Assembly (NCBI GenBank): GCA_964414215.1
Contig: CAYPVQ010000001.1
Location: forward strand, 1 to 46,990
Direction: 5' to 3'
DNA length: 46,990 nt
DNA from: an uncultured Candidatus Saccharibacteria bacterium
GTDB lineage: Bacteria; Patescibacteriota; Doudnabacteria; UBA920; 2-01-FULL-46-14
Part shown: positions 14,832 through 22,365 of the stretch, one piece after another
How positions within the stretch are numbered: position 1 is the first letter of the stretch
How the letters are laid out: every line of letters starts with the position of its first letter
Translations under genes and position numbers: made by a program
The notes under the pieces: model-generated
What the model was told of the DNA's origin: nothing
Seen by the model: the letters and a program-made list of their open reading frames with translations, nothing else
The model's database searches: none

Positions 14832-16205
14832 ATGCTTGATTCGCTTGATTCAATTCAACCTCCACATTCGCCCAAGCCAAGACCAAAGCGCAAATTTAAA
14901 ACTCGGTTGTGGTTTGGTCTTCTTTTGTTGCTGCTTTTGGCAGGCGGCATATTTCTGGGCCAAAAACTCGTGATCTTTGCCCAAAAAATTCTTGAAGGAA
15001 AGCAAACAACCTTGTCCTTCAAACAATTTTTTATTGCCTCCGATAAAAAACTTCTGGGGGAAGAGCAAGGAGAGATCCGCTTTCTTTTGATGGGGATTGC
15101 CGGAGAGCGACATGACGGCCCTAAACTTACTGATACAATGATCTTCGCAACCCTGAAGCTCCCGGAGGAACGAGACGAGGAACTAAAACTCAATCTAGTC
15201 TCAATTCCACGGGATCTGATGGTAAATATTCCTGGTTACGAATATCGCAAAATCAATTCGGCCTATGCTTACGGCGGAACAAATCTAGCCCTCAAGACCG
15301 TGGAGGAAGTCATTGATCAAAAGATCCCCTACTATGCCGTGATTGACTTCGAAGGCTTTAAAAAAATTATTGATGATGTTGGCGGAGTAGTAATTGATGT
15401 CCGGGAAAGTTTTACTGACCACCAGTTTCCAGATGACAAAGGCAGCTATCTTGATCCTCCCTTAACTTTTGAAGCAGGTCACCAAAAAATGGGGGGGGAA
15501 CGCACTCTGCAATTTGTGCGCTCCAGACACGGCAATAATAATCAAGGTTCAGATTTTGCCAGATCCCGCCGCCAACAATTAGTCTTAAAAGCTCTCCGAG
15601 ACAAACTCACTACTTTTCGGGTCTTAACTAATTTAGGACTTCTTGACCGCATCTTAACTGATCTGGGTGATCACCTGCGCACCAATCTTCAGCTTTATGA
15701 ACTCAAACGGCTTTATGACCTTGGTAAAAATCTCAAAAGTGAAAACATTTCCTCCTTAGCAATTAGTGGGGAGTTTGGTTTAGTGTGCGACCAAATCGCG
15801 GAGGATACCGGAGCTTATCTTTTGCTTCCTTGTGCCGGCCTTAACAACTACCAAGCAATTCGCGACCTTCTTAAAAATCAATTCCTCATCTCCAAGTTGG
15901 CGGAAGAAAAAGCGATAATTGAAATTCAAAATGCCTCAACAGTGAGTGCCTTGGGTCAAAGGACGGCCTTGGCTCTCGCCCTCCCTGGCCTCACGATTTT
16001 AAGCTCCAATTTCAAAGGCCAAGCCCGTTATGACGAAACTATTATTTACGATAACACGGGCGGCGGAAAACTGCAGACCTTGCGGTATTTGCAAGGAAAA
16101 CTCGAGGTACGTACAGCCCAAAGCCCTTTTCCTTTTCCTACCAGTAGCCAAAGTCCTGACTTTGTAATTATTTTGAGCGATGACTTGGAAGGAAAAGTCC
16201 TGTGA
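14832..16205 (+). CDS. LytR-CpsA-Psr (LCP) family protein
   Basis: N-terminal TM segment, then LLMGIAGERHDGPKLTDTMIFATL, SIPRDL and FVRSRHG, the LCP core motifs. Confidence 0.85.
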   Translation: MLDSLDSIQPPHSPKPRPKRKFKTRLWFGLLLLLLLAGGIFLGQKLVIFAQKILEGKQTTLSFKQFFIASDKKLLGEEQGEIRFLLMGIAGERHDGPKLTDTMIFATLKLPEERDEELKLNLVSIPRDLMVNIPGYEYRKINSAYAYGGTNLALKTVEEVIDQKIPYYAVIDFEGFKKIIDDVGGVVIDVRESFTDHQFPDDKGSYLDPPLTFEAGHQKMGGERTLQFVRSRHGNNNQGSDFARSRRQQLVLKALRDKLTTFRVLTNLGLLDRILTDLGDHLRTNLQLYELKRLYDLGKNLKSENISSLAISGEFGLVCDQIAEDTGAYLLLPCAGLNNYQAIRDLLKNQFLISKLAEEKAIIEIQNASTVSALGQRTALALALPGLTILSSNFKGQARYDETIIYDNTGGGKLQTLRYLQGKLEVRTAQSPFPFPTSSQSPDFVIILSDDLEGKVL

Positions 16206-16248
16206 GCCCCGTTAGAAATCTCAATTCTAACGAGGTTGATTAAAGATT

Positions 16249-16893
16249 ATGATTATGGGCATTAAACTAAAAAGGATTTCTAACGTGGTGAGATTAATCG
16301 TGGGCCTGGGTAATCCCGGGAAAAAATATGAAAAAACCAGACACAATCTGGGTTTTCTCATTCTCGATGAACTTGCAAAAGAACTGGAGATTAAATTTAG
16401 ACTACACAAAAAAGTTCTTTCCGAGATTGCTAAAACTTCGGAAATTATCCTCGCCAAACCTCAAACTTTTATGAACAATTCGGGCAAAGCCGTCCAAAAA
16501 TTGCTTACAACTTATCTCCCTACGGGAGATCTTTACGACAACTTATCTCCCTACGGGAGATCTCCCGAAGGGAGACAACTTACTAACTTAATTGTCGTTC
16601 ACGACGAAATTGATCTCCTGTTTGGCACATTGCGATTGTCTCAAGATTCGGGAGCGGCCGGACACAAAGGAGTAAAATCAATAATTGCCGCCATTGGCAA
16701 AAACTTTATGAGATTACGTATTGGGATCGAAAATCGGGAAAAAATCAGGATTCCTGAAACCGAAACTTATGTGTTGCAACCCTTCACAGAAGAAGAGCAA
16801 CAACAATTAAGGCAGACAATCATTCCCGAGGCTTTGGATGAAATTGAGAAATTCTACCCCCTCTCTTTCTTCCGCCTTAGGCGGAGGAGATGA
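16249..16893 (+). CDS. pth: peptidyl-tRNA hydrolase with a repeat-derived internal insertion and C-terminal tail
   Basis: Contains LIVGLGNPGKKYEKTRHNLGF and VVHDEIDL. About 20 extra residues (LPTGDLYDNLSPYGRSPEGRQ) come from the hairpin repeats at 16507-16582. The stop codon lies inside the palindromic element at 16856-16903. Confidence 0.85.
   Translation: MIMGIKLKRISNVVRLIVGLGNPGKKYEKTRHNLGFLILDELAKELEIKFRLHKKVLSEIAKTSEIILAKPQTFMNNSGKAVQKLLTTYLPTGDLYDNLSPYGRSPEGRQLTNLIVVHDEIDLLFGTLRLSQDSGAAGHKGVKSIIAAIGKNFMRLRIGIENREKIRIPETETYVLQPFTEEEQQQLRQTIIPEALDEIEKFYPLSFFRLRRRR
16507..16582 (+). repeat. tandem hairpin repeats inside pth
   Basis: acaacttatctccctacgggagatct occurs twice exactly (16507-16532 and 16538-16563). 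A third hairpin, tctcccgaagggaga, follows, and then acaactta recurs. Confidence 0.85.
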
Positions 16894-17093
16894 AAGAGGG
16901 GGTCGCAAAATAAATAGTGCCCTCTGACCTACCAACGAGCGTAAGCCCGTATCCGATAAAAGGATCCTGACTTAAACTTTAGGTTACTTGCGAGCTCTAG
17001 GAGGGATGAAACTCGCTTTGGCCACTCGAAGGTAGGAAGGAAAGCACTATTCCAGAAAAATAGCTTAGCAGTTTTTCCACAACCTGTCAAGAA

Positions 17094-18182
17094 ATGAACC
17101 AAGAACACCTCTATTTTAACGCCTTTAACCAAATTTCTCAAATCGGCTCGGTGCGGTTCCGCAAGCTCTTGAATTTTTTTGGGGGCCTTAAAGAGGCCTG
17201 GCAAGCCTCAGCCCCAGAGCTTATCGCCTCTGGTCTGGAAGAGGGAGTGGTGCAAAAAATTTTAGAAACTCGAGGACAAATTGATCCTGAGACCGAATTT
17301 AAAAAACTGCAAAAACAAAATATTAACCTCATCACCTTCAGCGAAGAGAGTTATCCGAAATCCTTGAAGGAAATTCCTAATCCCCCAGGGGTTTTGTATA
17401 TCTTGGGAGGTTTAGAACCAGTGGACGAACTAGCAATTGCCGTGGTGGGCAGCCGCAAGTTTAGCCCGTATGGAAAACAAGTAACTCTTGACCTTGCGCG
17501 CGATTTGGTACGAGCAAACCTCACGATTATCTCTGGGTTAGCCTTCGGCATTGACGCTTTGGCCCACCAGACCGCAATTGAGTTTTCCGGCCGGACGATT
17601 GGGGTGCTGGCCTGCGGTGTTGATGCGATTTATCCCGCCCAACATCGCGTGCTGGCCCAAAAAATTCTTGAAGGCCGCGGCGCCATTCTTTCAGAATTGC
17701 CTCTGGGAACTCCGCCTTTGAAACATCATTTTCCTCATCGCAACCGAATTATCTCGGGCTTAGCTTTAGGCACAGTGGTAATTGAAGCCGGACTTGATTC
17801 CGGAGCCCTAATTACGGCTCGGCACGCTTTAGAGCAAAACCGGCAAGTTTTTGCCGTGCCGGGTTCAATCTATAACGAAGCTTCCGCTGGACCAAATAAT
17901 CTTTTGAAAATGGGAGCAAAACTTGTTGCCTCGGTTAACGACATTTTGGAAGAGTTAAATCTGGGATCCTTACAAGCCCAAGTGGCAACTTCGCAAATTT
18001 TGGGAGATAATGAAGAAGAGCAAAAAATTTTAAATGTCTTAACCCGGCAACCTCTTCACTTTGACCAAATTACCAAAGCGATTAATCTGCCGGCTTCCAC
18101 CGTAGCCGCTGCTCTGACGATCATGGAAATGAAAGGCAAGGTGCGAAACCTCGGCGGAAATCAGTATGTTAAAAGCAGATGA
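17094..18182 (+). CDS. dprA: DNA processing protein DprA (Smf)
   Basis: 362 aa. Contains VVGSRKFSPYGKQ, GLAFGIDALAHQ and SGLALGTVVIEAGLDSGALITA, with a C-terminal winged-helix-like tail. Confidence 0.85.
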   Translation: MNQEHLYFNAFNQISQIGSVRFRKLLNFFGGLKEAWQASAPELIASGLEEGVVQKILETRGQIDPETEFKKLQKQNINLITFSEESYPKSLKEIPNPPGVLYILGGLEPVDELAIAVVGSRKFSPYGKQVTLDLARDLVRANLTIISGLAFGIDALAHQTAIEFSGRTIGVLACGVDAIYPAQHRVLAQKILEGRGAILSELPLGTPPLKHHFPHRNRIISGLALGTVVIEAGLDSGALITARHALEQNRQVFAVPGSIYNEASAGPNNLLKMGAKLVASVNDILEELNLGSLQAQVATSQILGDNEEEQKILNVLTRQPLHFDQITKAINLPASTVAAALTIMEMKGKVRNLGGNQYVKSR

Positions 18183-18324
18183 ATCACGAATCATGAATCA
18201 TGAATTACGGGGCAGCCCTCACTCTCTCCCCCTTTCCGCCGAAGGCGGATCTCAGCCGAAGGCTGACCAGCCTCCGGCTGGCGCAAAAGCCTCTGGCGGA
18301 AAAATAAGAGGGGTAGGGGGAGTT

Positions 18325-19452
18325 ATGAACCTAGTAACTTTAAGCATCATAATATCTTTATTCTGGCACCAAAAAGTCCTCGCCCCCTCTGCTCCTTCTC
18401 CCCCTGCTCCCCGATCTGAGGTCGGGGAGATAGGGGGAGACAAAGAGGGGGTTCAAACCATCCTCGCGGTCGGCGACATTCTCTTATCAAGAAACGTCGG
18501 CGCCAAGATTGACCAAGCCAATGATCCGACCCTGCCTTTTCAAAATCTCCAAGAGTTACTCGTAAGTGCCGACATCGCCTTTGGCAATCTCGAATGTCCG
18601 CTTTCAGATTCCCCCATCCCGATTCGCGAGGGACTAGTGTTTCGCTGTCTGACGAAATATGTTCCCGGATTAACATTCGCTGGATTTGATATTTTATCAA
18701 CTGCCAATAATCATGCGCTCGATCAGGGAACAAAATATGTTGGCTTTACCAGAGATTATTTATTTTCGCAAAATATCTTGCCAGTGGGCACTGGAGAAAA
18801 TCAAGACGAAGCATGGACTCCAGCCATTATTTCTCCTCACCCTACCCTCTCCTCTCAGAGGAGAGGGGGTGGGGGTGAGGAACCAAAAATCGCCTTCCTC
18901 GCCGTCTCCTATGCCTCCCACAACGACGGCGGCAAATCCCGCAACGATTATGTCGCGCGAATTGAAGATATTGAGATTCTAAAATCTAAAATCTTAAATC
19001 TAAAATCTTCCGACTACTTCGTCGTCGTCTCCATGCACGCCGGCACCGAATACACCCGCAACCCGAATCAAGAGCAGATTAATTTCGCCCACGCCGCCAT
19101 TGACGCCGGCGCCGACATTGTCATCGGCCACCACCCACATTGGATTCAGCCTGTAGAGGTGATAAAGCGAAAGGCCCCTGCCCCGTACCGAACCGAAGGT
19201 TCTGGTACTGGGGTCATCTTCTACTCCTTGGGCAATTTTATCTTTGACCAATCCTGGAGCCAGGAAACCAAAGAGGGACTGGTAGTAAAATTAAATATTA
19301 AATATCAAAAATCAAATATTCACTTGGAAAGCGCGGAACTCATTCCTGTGATCATCGAAAACAACTGCTGCCCGCGAATCGCGACAGAAGAAGAAAAAGA
19401 AAGAATCCTCAAAAAGATAAATCTCGAAACAGATACGCTATTCTTCCCCTAA
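18325..19452 (+). CDS. CapA-family (PGA-synthesis/metallophosphatase-like) protein carrying two palindromic insertions
   Basis: The start was trimmed to the ATG at 18325, preceded by GGGGGAG. Contains AVGDILLSR, FGNLECP, TANNHALD, SMHAGTEY and IGHHPH. Repeat-derived segments are at 18394-18452 (PPAPRSEVGEIGGDKEGV) and 18835-18880 (PHPTLSSQRRGGGGEE). Confidence 0.75.
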   Translation: MNLVTLSIIISLFWHQKVLAPSAPSPPAPRSEVGEIGGDKEGVQTILAVGDILLSRNVGAKIDQANDPTLPFQNLQELLVSADIAFGNLECPLSDSPIPIREGLVFRCLTKYVPGLTFAGFDILSTANNHALDQGTKYVGFTRDYLFSQNILPVGTGENQDEAWTPAIISPHPTLSSQRRGGGGEEPKIAFLAVSYASHNDGGKSRNDYVARIEDIEILKSKILNLKSSDYFVVVSMHAGTEYTRNPNQEQINFAHAAIDAGADIVIGHHPHWIQPVEVIKRKAPAPYRTEGSGTGVIFYSLGNFIFDQSWSQETKEGLVVKLNIKYQKSNIHLESAELIPVIIENNCCPRIATEEEKERILKKINLETDTLFFP

Positions 19453-20484
19453 CCACAATCCCTGCCAATTCAAAATCTCCTGCCGCAATTTGAAACTGTT
19501 GCCGTGGCTTAGCAAACCCAAATAGGACTGCAGGGTTTCATTGATGGGATGGTCACAGATTTTTCTAAATGCTCGCCGCTTTGTTGCCGCTCGTAAAACT
19601 CTATGATGCGGAAAATGCACCCATCCCAAAAAATCCACGCCTGAAGCCAACGGCTTGAGAATAATTTTGTCTGGATGCAGTGATAGACATAACCGCCGTT
19701 CCAAAAACCCTGAAATCTTACTAATCTGATCGGCTAGCCATTCGCGGTTTTCTGACAGCAAAACAAAATCGTCTGCGTAGCGGATATAGTATTTCGCTTT
19801 CAGCCCGTGCTTCACAAACTGATCAAGCTCATTGAGGTAAACGTTGCAGAATAACTGCGAGGTCAGATTCCCAAGCGGCAGACCTCGACCTATGTCATTC
19901 CCGACCTGATCGGGAATCCACAACATAGATTCCCGCTTTCGCGGGAATGACAGCACAATTTGCTCCAAAAGCCAAAGGATATTTTTATCCGGAATATAAG
20001 CTACCAAAATTTTCAGCAGGTTTGCATGATCAATGCTCGCGAAAAACCTTTTGATGTCTAGCTTCAGAACCCAAACAGTTTTGGTATTATTACTGCCAGC
20101 TTTTCGGCCAAATTCCCGCAAACGATTTAGTGCCTTATGGACTCCCCTGTTTAAGCGGCAAGAAAACGAATCAGCGATAAAAGTTCTGTCAAAAAACGGA
20201 TATAGCTGCCTGTAAATCGCGTGATGCAAAATCCTATCCCTCACCGCGGCCTTATGGATATTGCGCGGTTTCGGGTCAGAAATGTTAAAAGCATGGTAAC
20301 CGCCGTGCTCATAGGTAAAATTGGCAAGCTCGCTATGAAGCTGGACAAGGTGATCAGCGAGCCTTAAACTAAACTCCTGGACGTCTCGCTTGGCTCGTTT
20401 GCCAGGGATGAACTCCCGCCAGGCAGCCAGCAGGTTTTCCAGGGAAATAATCTCATCATAGGTTTTGTTAAATTGTTTCTTCAT
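19438..20484 (-). CDS. DGR-type reverse transcriptase
   Basis: 348 aa with RT motifs (LKLDIKRFFASIDH, GLPLGNLTSQLFCNVYL, YIRYADDFVLL, LGWVHF). The (I/L)GxxxSQ motif is typical of DGR RTs. An adjacent TR/VR pair and an Avd-like gene are present. Confidence 0.85.
   Translation of the reverse strand: MKKQFNKTYDEIISLENLLAAWREFIPGKRAKRDVQEFSLRLADHLVQLHSELANFTYEHGGYHAFNISDPKPRNIHKAAVRDRILHHAIYRQLYPFFDRTFIADSFSCRLNRGVHKALNRLREFGRKAGSNNTKTVWVLKLDIKRFFASIDHANLLKILVAYIPDKNILWLLEQIVLSFPRKRESMLWIPDQVGNDIGRGLPLGNLTSQLFCNVYLNELDQFVKHGLKAKYYIRYADDFVLLSENREWLADQISKISGFLERRLCLSLHPDKIILKPLASGVDFLGWVHFPHHRVLRAATKRRAFRKICDHPINETLQSYLGLLSHGNSFKLRQEILNWQGLWLGEE
19892..19952. repeat. 61-bp palindromic element (TIR tgtcattcccg / cgggaatgaca) inside the RT ORF
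   Basis: Encodes the extra segment (F)PRKRESMLWIPDQVGNDI just before GLPLGNLTSQ. The ORF continues through it. Related copies are at 20493-20580 and 40778-40836. Confidence 0.75.
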
Positions 20485-20492
20485 AGACGCAC

Positions 20493-20580
20493 TGTCATTC
20501 CCGATCTAATCGGGAATCCAGGTTCTGGATCCCCGTCGCAGTTTACTCTCGTGGAGACGGGGGGGGGGGCGGGAATGACA
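20493..20580. repeat. 88-bp element of the same family between RT and avd, containing a G11 tract
   Basis: Sequence tgtcattcccgatctaatcgggaatcc...cgggaatgaca. The G run spans 20559-20569. Confidence 0.75.
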
Positions 20581-20612
20581 AAAGATGAACTTTAAATTTT
20601 AAACTTTCCTTT

Positions 20613-20984
20613 ATGCCCCCCCCCAACGCAAATTTTTACACAACAACGGACTTACCCGTTGTCCAAAAAATTTCTACTGCTTTTAGACTATGGTATCAAT
20701 ACTTGCCGCACATTCCAAAATTGTTAAAACATTCGCTCGGCGAAAAAATCACTTCCCTGTTCATCCAGTTGGTTGAGCTAACTTTAATTGCCGGTTACTT
20801 CAGCAAAGACAAAAAACCAGAAATAATAAATAAGGCCATCCTGACATTGGATTTGCTAAAATACTTTCTGCAAATGGCCTTTGACGTGAAGGCCATTGAC
20901 AGCAAACAAACGGCATCAATAATTGCCCCGCTCGGTGAAGTTGGTAAAATGCTTGGCGGCTGGAAAAAACAATTGGCACAATAA
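20613..20984 (+). CDS. avd: Avd-like four-helix-bundle protein (DGR accessory variability determinant family)
   Basis: 123 aa with the helical pattern FRLWYQYLPHIPKLLKHSLGEKITSLFIQLVE...LDLLKYFLQMAFDVKAI...EVGKMLGGWKKQL. This is typical of the four-helix-bundle / 23S-IVS protein family to which Avd belongs. It lies between the RT and the TR but on the opposite strand. Confidence 0.7.
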   Translation: MPPPNANFYTTTDLPVVQKISTAFRLWYQYLPHIPKLLKHSLGEKITSLFIQLVELTLIAGYFSKDKKPEIINKAILTLDLLKYFLQMAFDVKAIDSKQTASIIAPLGEVGKMLGGWKKQLAQ

Positions 20985-21009
20985 ACCCTCTCTATGAAAA
21001 GAGAGGGTT
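20984..21009. terminator. 9-bp-stem hairpin between the avd stop and the TR
   Basis: aaccctctc-tatgaaaa-gagagggtt. It begins at the last base of the avd stop codon and ends 15 nt from the TR. Confidence 0.45.
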
Positions 21010-21024
21010 GTTCCCAACTTACTT

Positions 21025-21152
21025 GCGGACAGCGGGAAAACGATAGTTGTCGTTCCAGTCACCGGCCAGCTGATTCAGGTTGAGCTCGCGCTTCCTGTTC
21101 CAGTTGTTGAGCACCGGCGCACACTGGTTGTCGTTGTCATCGAGACAGACCG
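21025..21152 (-). repeat. DGR template repeat (TR)
   Basis: 128 bp, 115/128 identical to 21527-21654. It carries A (- strand) at every mismatch position. In the VR frame it reads VCLDDNDNQCAPVLNNWNRKRELNLNQLAGDWNDNYRFPAVR, with nine AAY Asn codons. Confidence 0.9.
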
Positions 21153-21425
21153 CCGTGAAATGTGCGATGCACCATCTATTACACTGCCTAAAGAATACTC
21201 TTTATGGCTGTATTTTATTTGCGGGGATTAAACCCGTCCAATGCACCGCACCGAGTTTCGTTGGAAACCTCTCTGCCAAGGAATACTCTGCCGCAAGCCG
21301 TAACCGGCGGCACTCTGATACTTGGCAGTGCGAGATAAACAATCCGAAAGTTTACCTGCCTTTGGCAGGCGTGCCCGCGGATTTTTCAAATTTATCTGGA
21401 TTTATTATAACAAACTTTCTAGAAC

Positions 21426-21474
21426 AAAAAAAGAACTCTTGGACCCCTGCAAAAAAACTGCAAGAGTCCAAGAG
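21426..21474 (-). terminator. intrinsic terminator downstream of the DGR target gene
   Basis: On the - strand, ctcttggac...gtccaagag (9-bp stem, 21474-21436) is followed by ttcttttttt. Confidence 0.6.
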
Positions 21475-21502
21475 CATAAGCACCATCGGAAGAGCCAAGG
21501 AT

Positions 21503-22165
21503 CTAAGTGTCCAAGAACTCTTCCTCGCGGACAGCGGGAAAACGATAGTAGCCGTGCCAGTCACCGGCCAGCTGAAGCAGGTCGAGCTCGCGCTCCCGGC
21601 TCCAGTTGTTGAGCACCGGCGCACACTGGCGGGCGATGTCATCGAGACAGACCGATGCCTCATCCAATAGCACGAGCGGGTTCTGCCGCTGACGTTCCGG
21701 GAACTTATAACCAATACCTGTTCCGTCGTCCAAATCACAGGGCCGGTCGCCAGTCTCCTTCATCCGCCGCTTCATCTCCTCGGTGGAGGCGTAGCCGCCC
21801 GGATTGTAGAGAACTATACGGCGGCGCATCCTGCGCTTCAGCTTGGATTTGTCCACCGTGATGTTCGGGTGGACGCCTCCTTTGAAATCGCAGAGCCGCA
21901 GACGTTCCGGGAACGAAACGGCCGGGTCAAGCTCGATCCAGCCCAGCTCCTCAACCTCTTCCTTGGGTTTGGGTGCAGGATGTTCCGCTTCCGGCTTCGG
22001 TGGCCGAGCGGCGATGGAAAGCGCCGCGATCTGCGGAGCTAAACTCTCCAGTCTAGCCACGTCGTCATCGTCACCATCGGCAGCGAGTATGGCATCAATA
22101 ACCGCATTAACAATAACGGTCATCTTCCCCCACCCGCGTCGAAAATCACTCTTTTTTTGAGCCAT
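21503..22165 (-). CDS. DGR target (variable) protein
   Basis: The start was trimmed to the ATG at 22165, preceded by GAGGAGG. 220 aa with an acidic/Pro-rich linker (DGDDDDV...PPKPEAEHPAPKPKEEVEE). The C-terminal ~42 aa are VR-encoded. A sample line was hand-counted at 57% GC, against 43% for a line in the LCP gene. Confidence 0.8.
   Translation of the reverse strand: MAQKKSDFRRGWGKMTVIVNAVIDAILAADGDDDDVARLESLAPQIAALSIAARPPKPEAEHPAPKPKEEVEELGWIELDPAVSFPERLRLCDFKGGVHPNITVDKSKLKRRMRRRIVLYNPGGYASTEEMKRRMKETGDRPCDLDDGTGIGYKFPERQRQNPLVLLDEASVCLDDIARQCAPVLNNWSRERELDLLQLAGDWHGYYRFPAVREEEFLDT
21527..21654 (-). repeat. DGR variable repeat (VR) at the 3' end of the target gene
   Basis: Encodes VCLDDIARQCAPVLNNWSRERELDLLQLAGDWHGYYRFPAVR. 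It has 13 substitutions relative to the TR, all at TR adenines, and ends 21 nt before the stop codon. Confidence 0.9.
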
Positions 22166-22365
22166 GGTTCCTCCTCGGTCTGCTTCCTGCTTTTCCAAAG
22201 CCTAAAGCCTACCGATGTTCTTTGGTTGTAATCCGTGAATTACGTCACGTGCGGACAGGTCTCAACAATTGAGACGAGCAGTTTAACTATCAAACTTTGA
22301 TAATCAAATTGCCCTACTCAATTAACAAACTATGCTAGCATTTTTTGCCGTCTCTGTCAATGCCG

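Noticed and set aside
16507-16582. CRISPR array (and likewise the many scattered palindromic repeats)
   Set aside because: The repeats are hairpin elements without regular repeat-spacer periodicity. At most three units occur in tandem, and they lie inside an ORF. No cas genes are present in the window.
16929-17204. ORF 16929-17204 (-)
   Set aside because: It overlaps the well-supported dprA start, has no RBS, and its composition is not protein-like.
21080-21738. ORFs 21080-21670 (+), 21322-21612 (+) and 21352-21738 (-) overlapping the TR-VR interval
   Set aside because: They run through the TR, the non-coding spacer with its terminator, and antisense to the VR. They have no RBS and Arg/Ser/Cys-rich compositions. 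They are by-products of the GC-rich DGR repeats.
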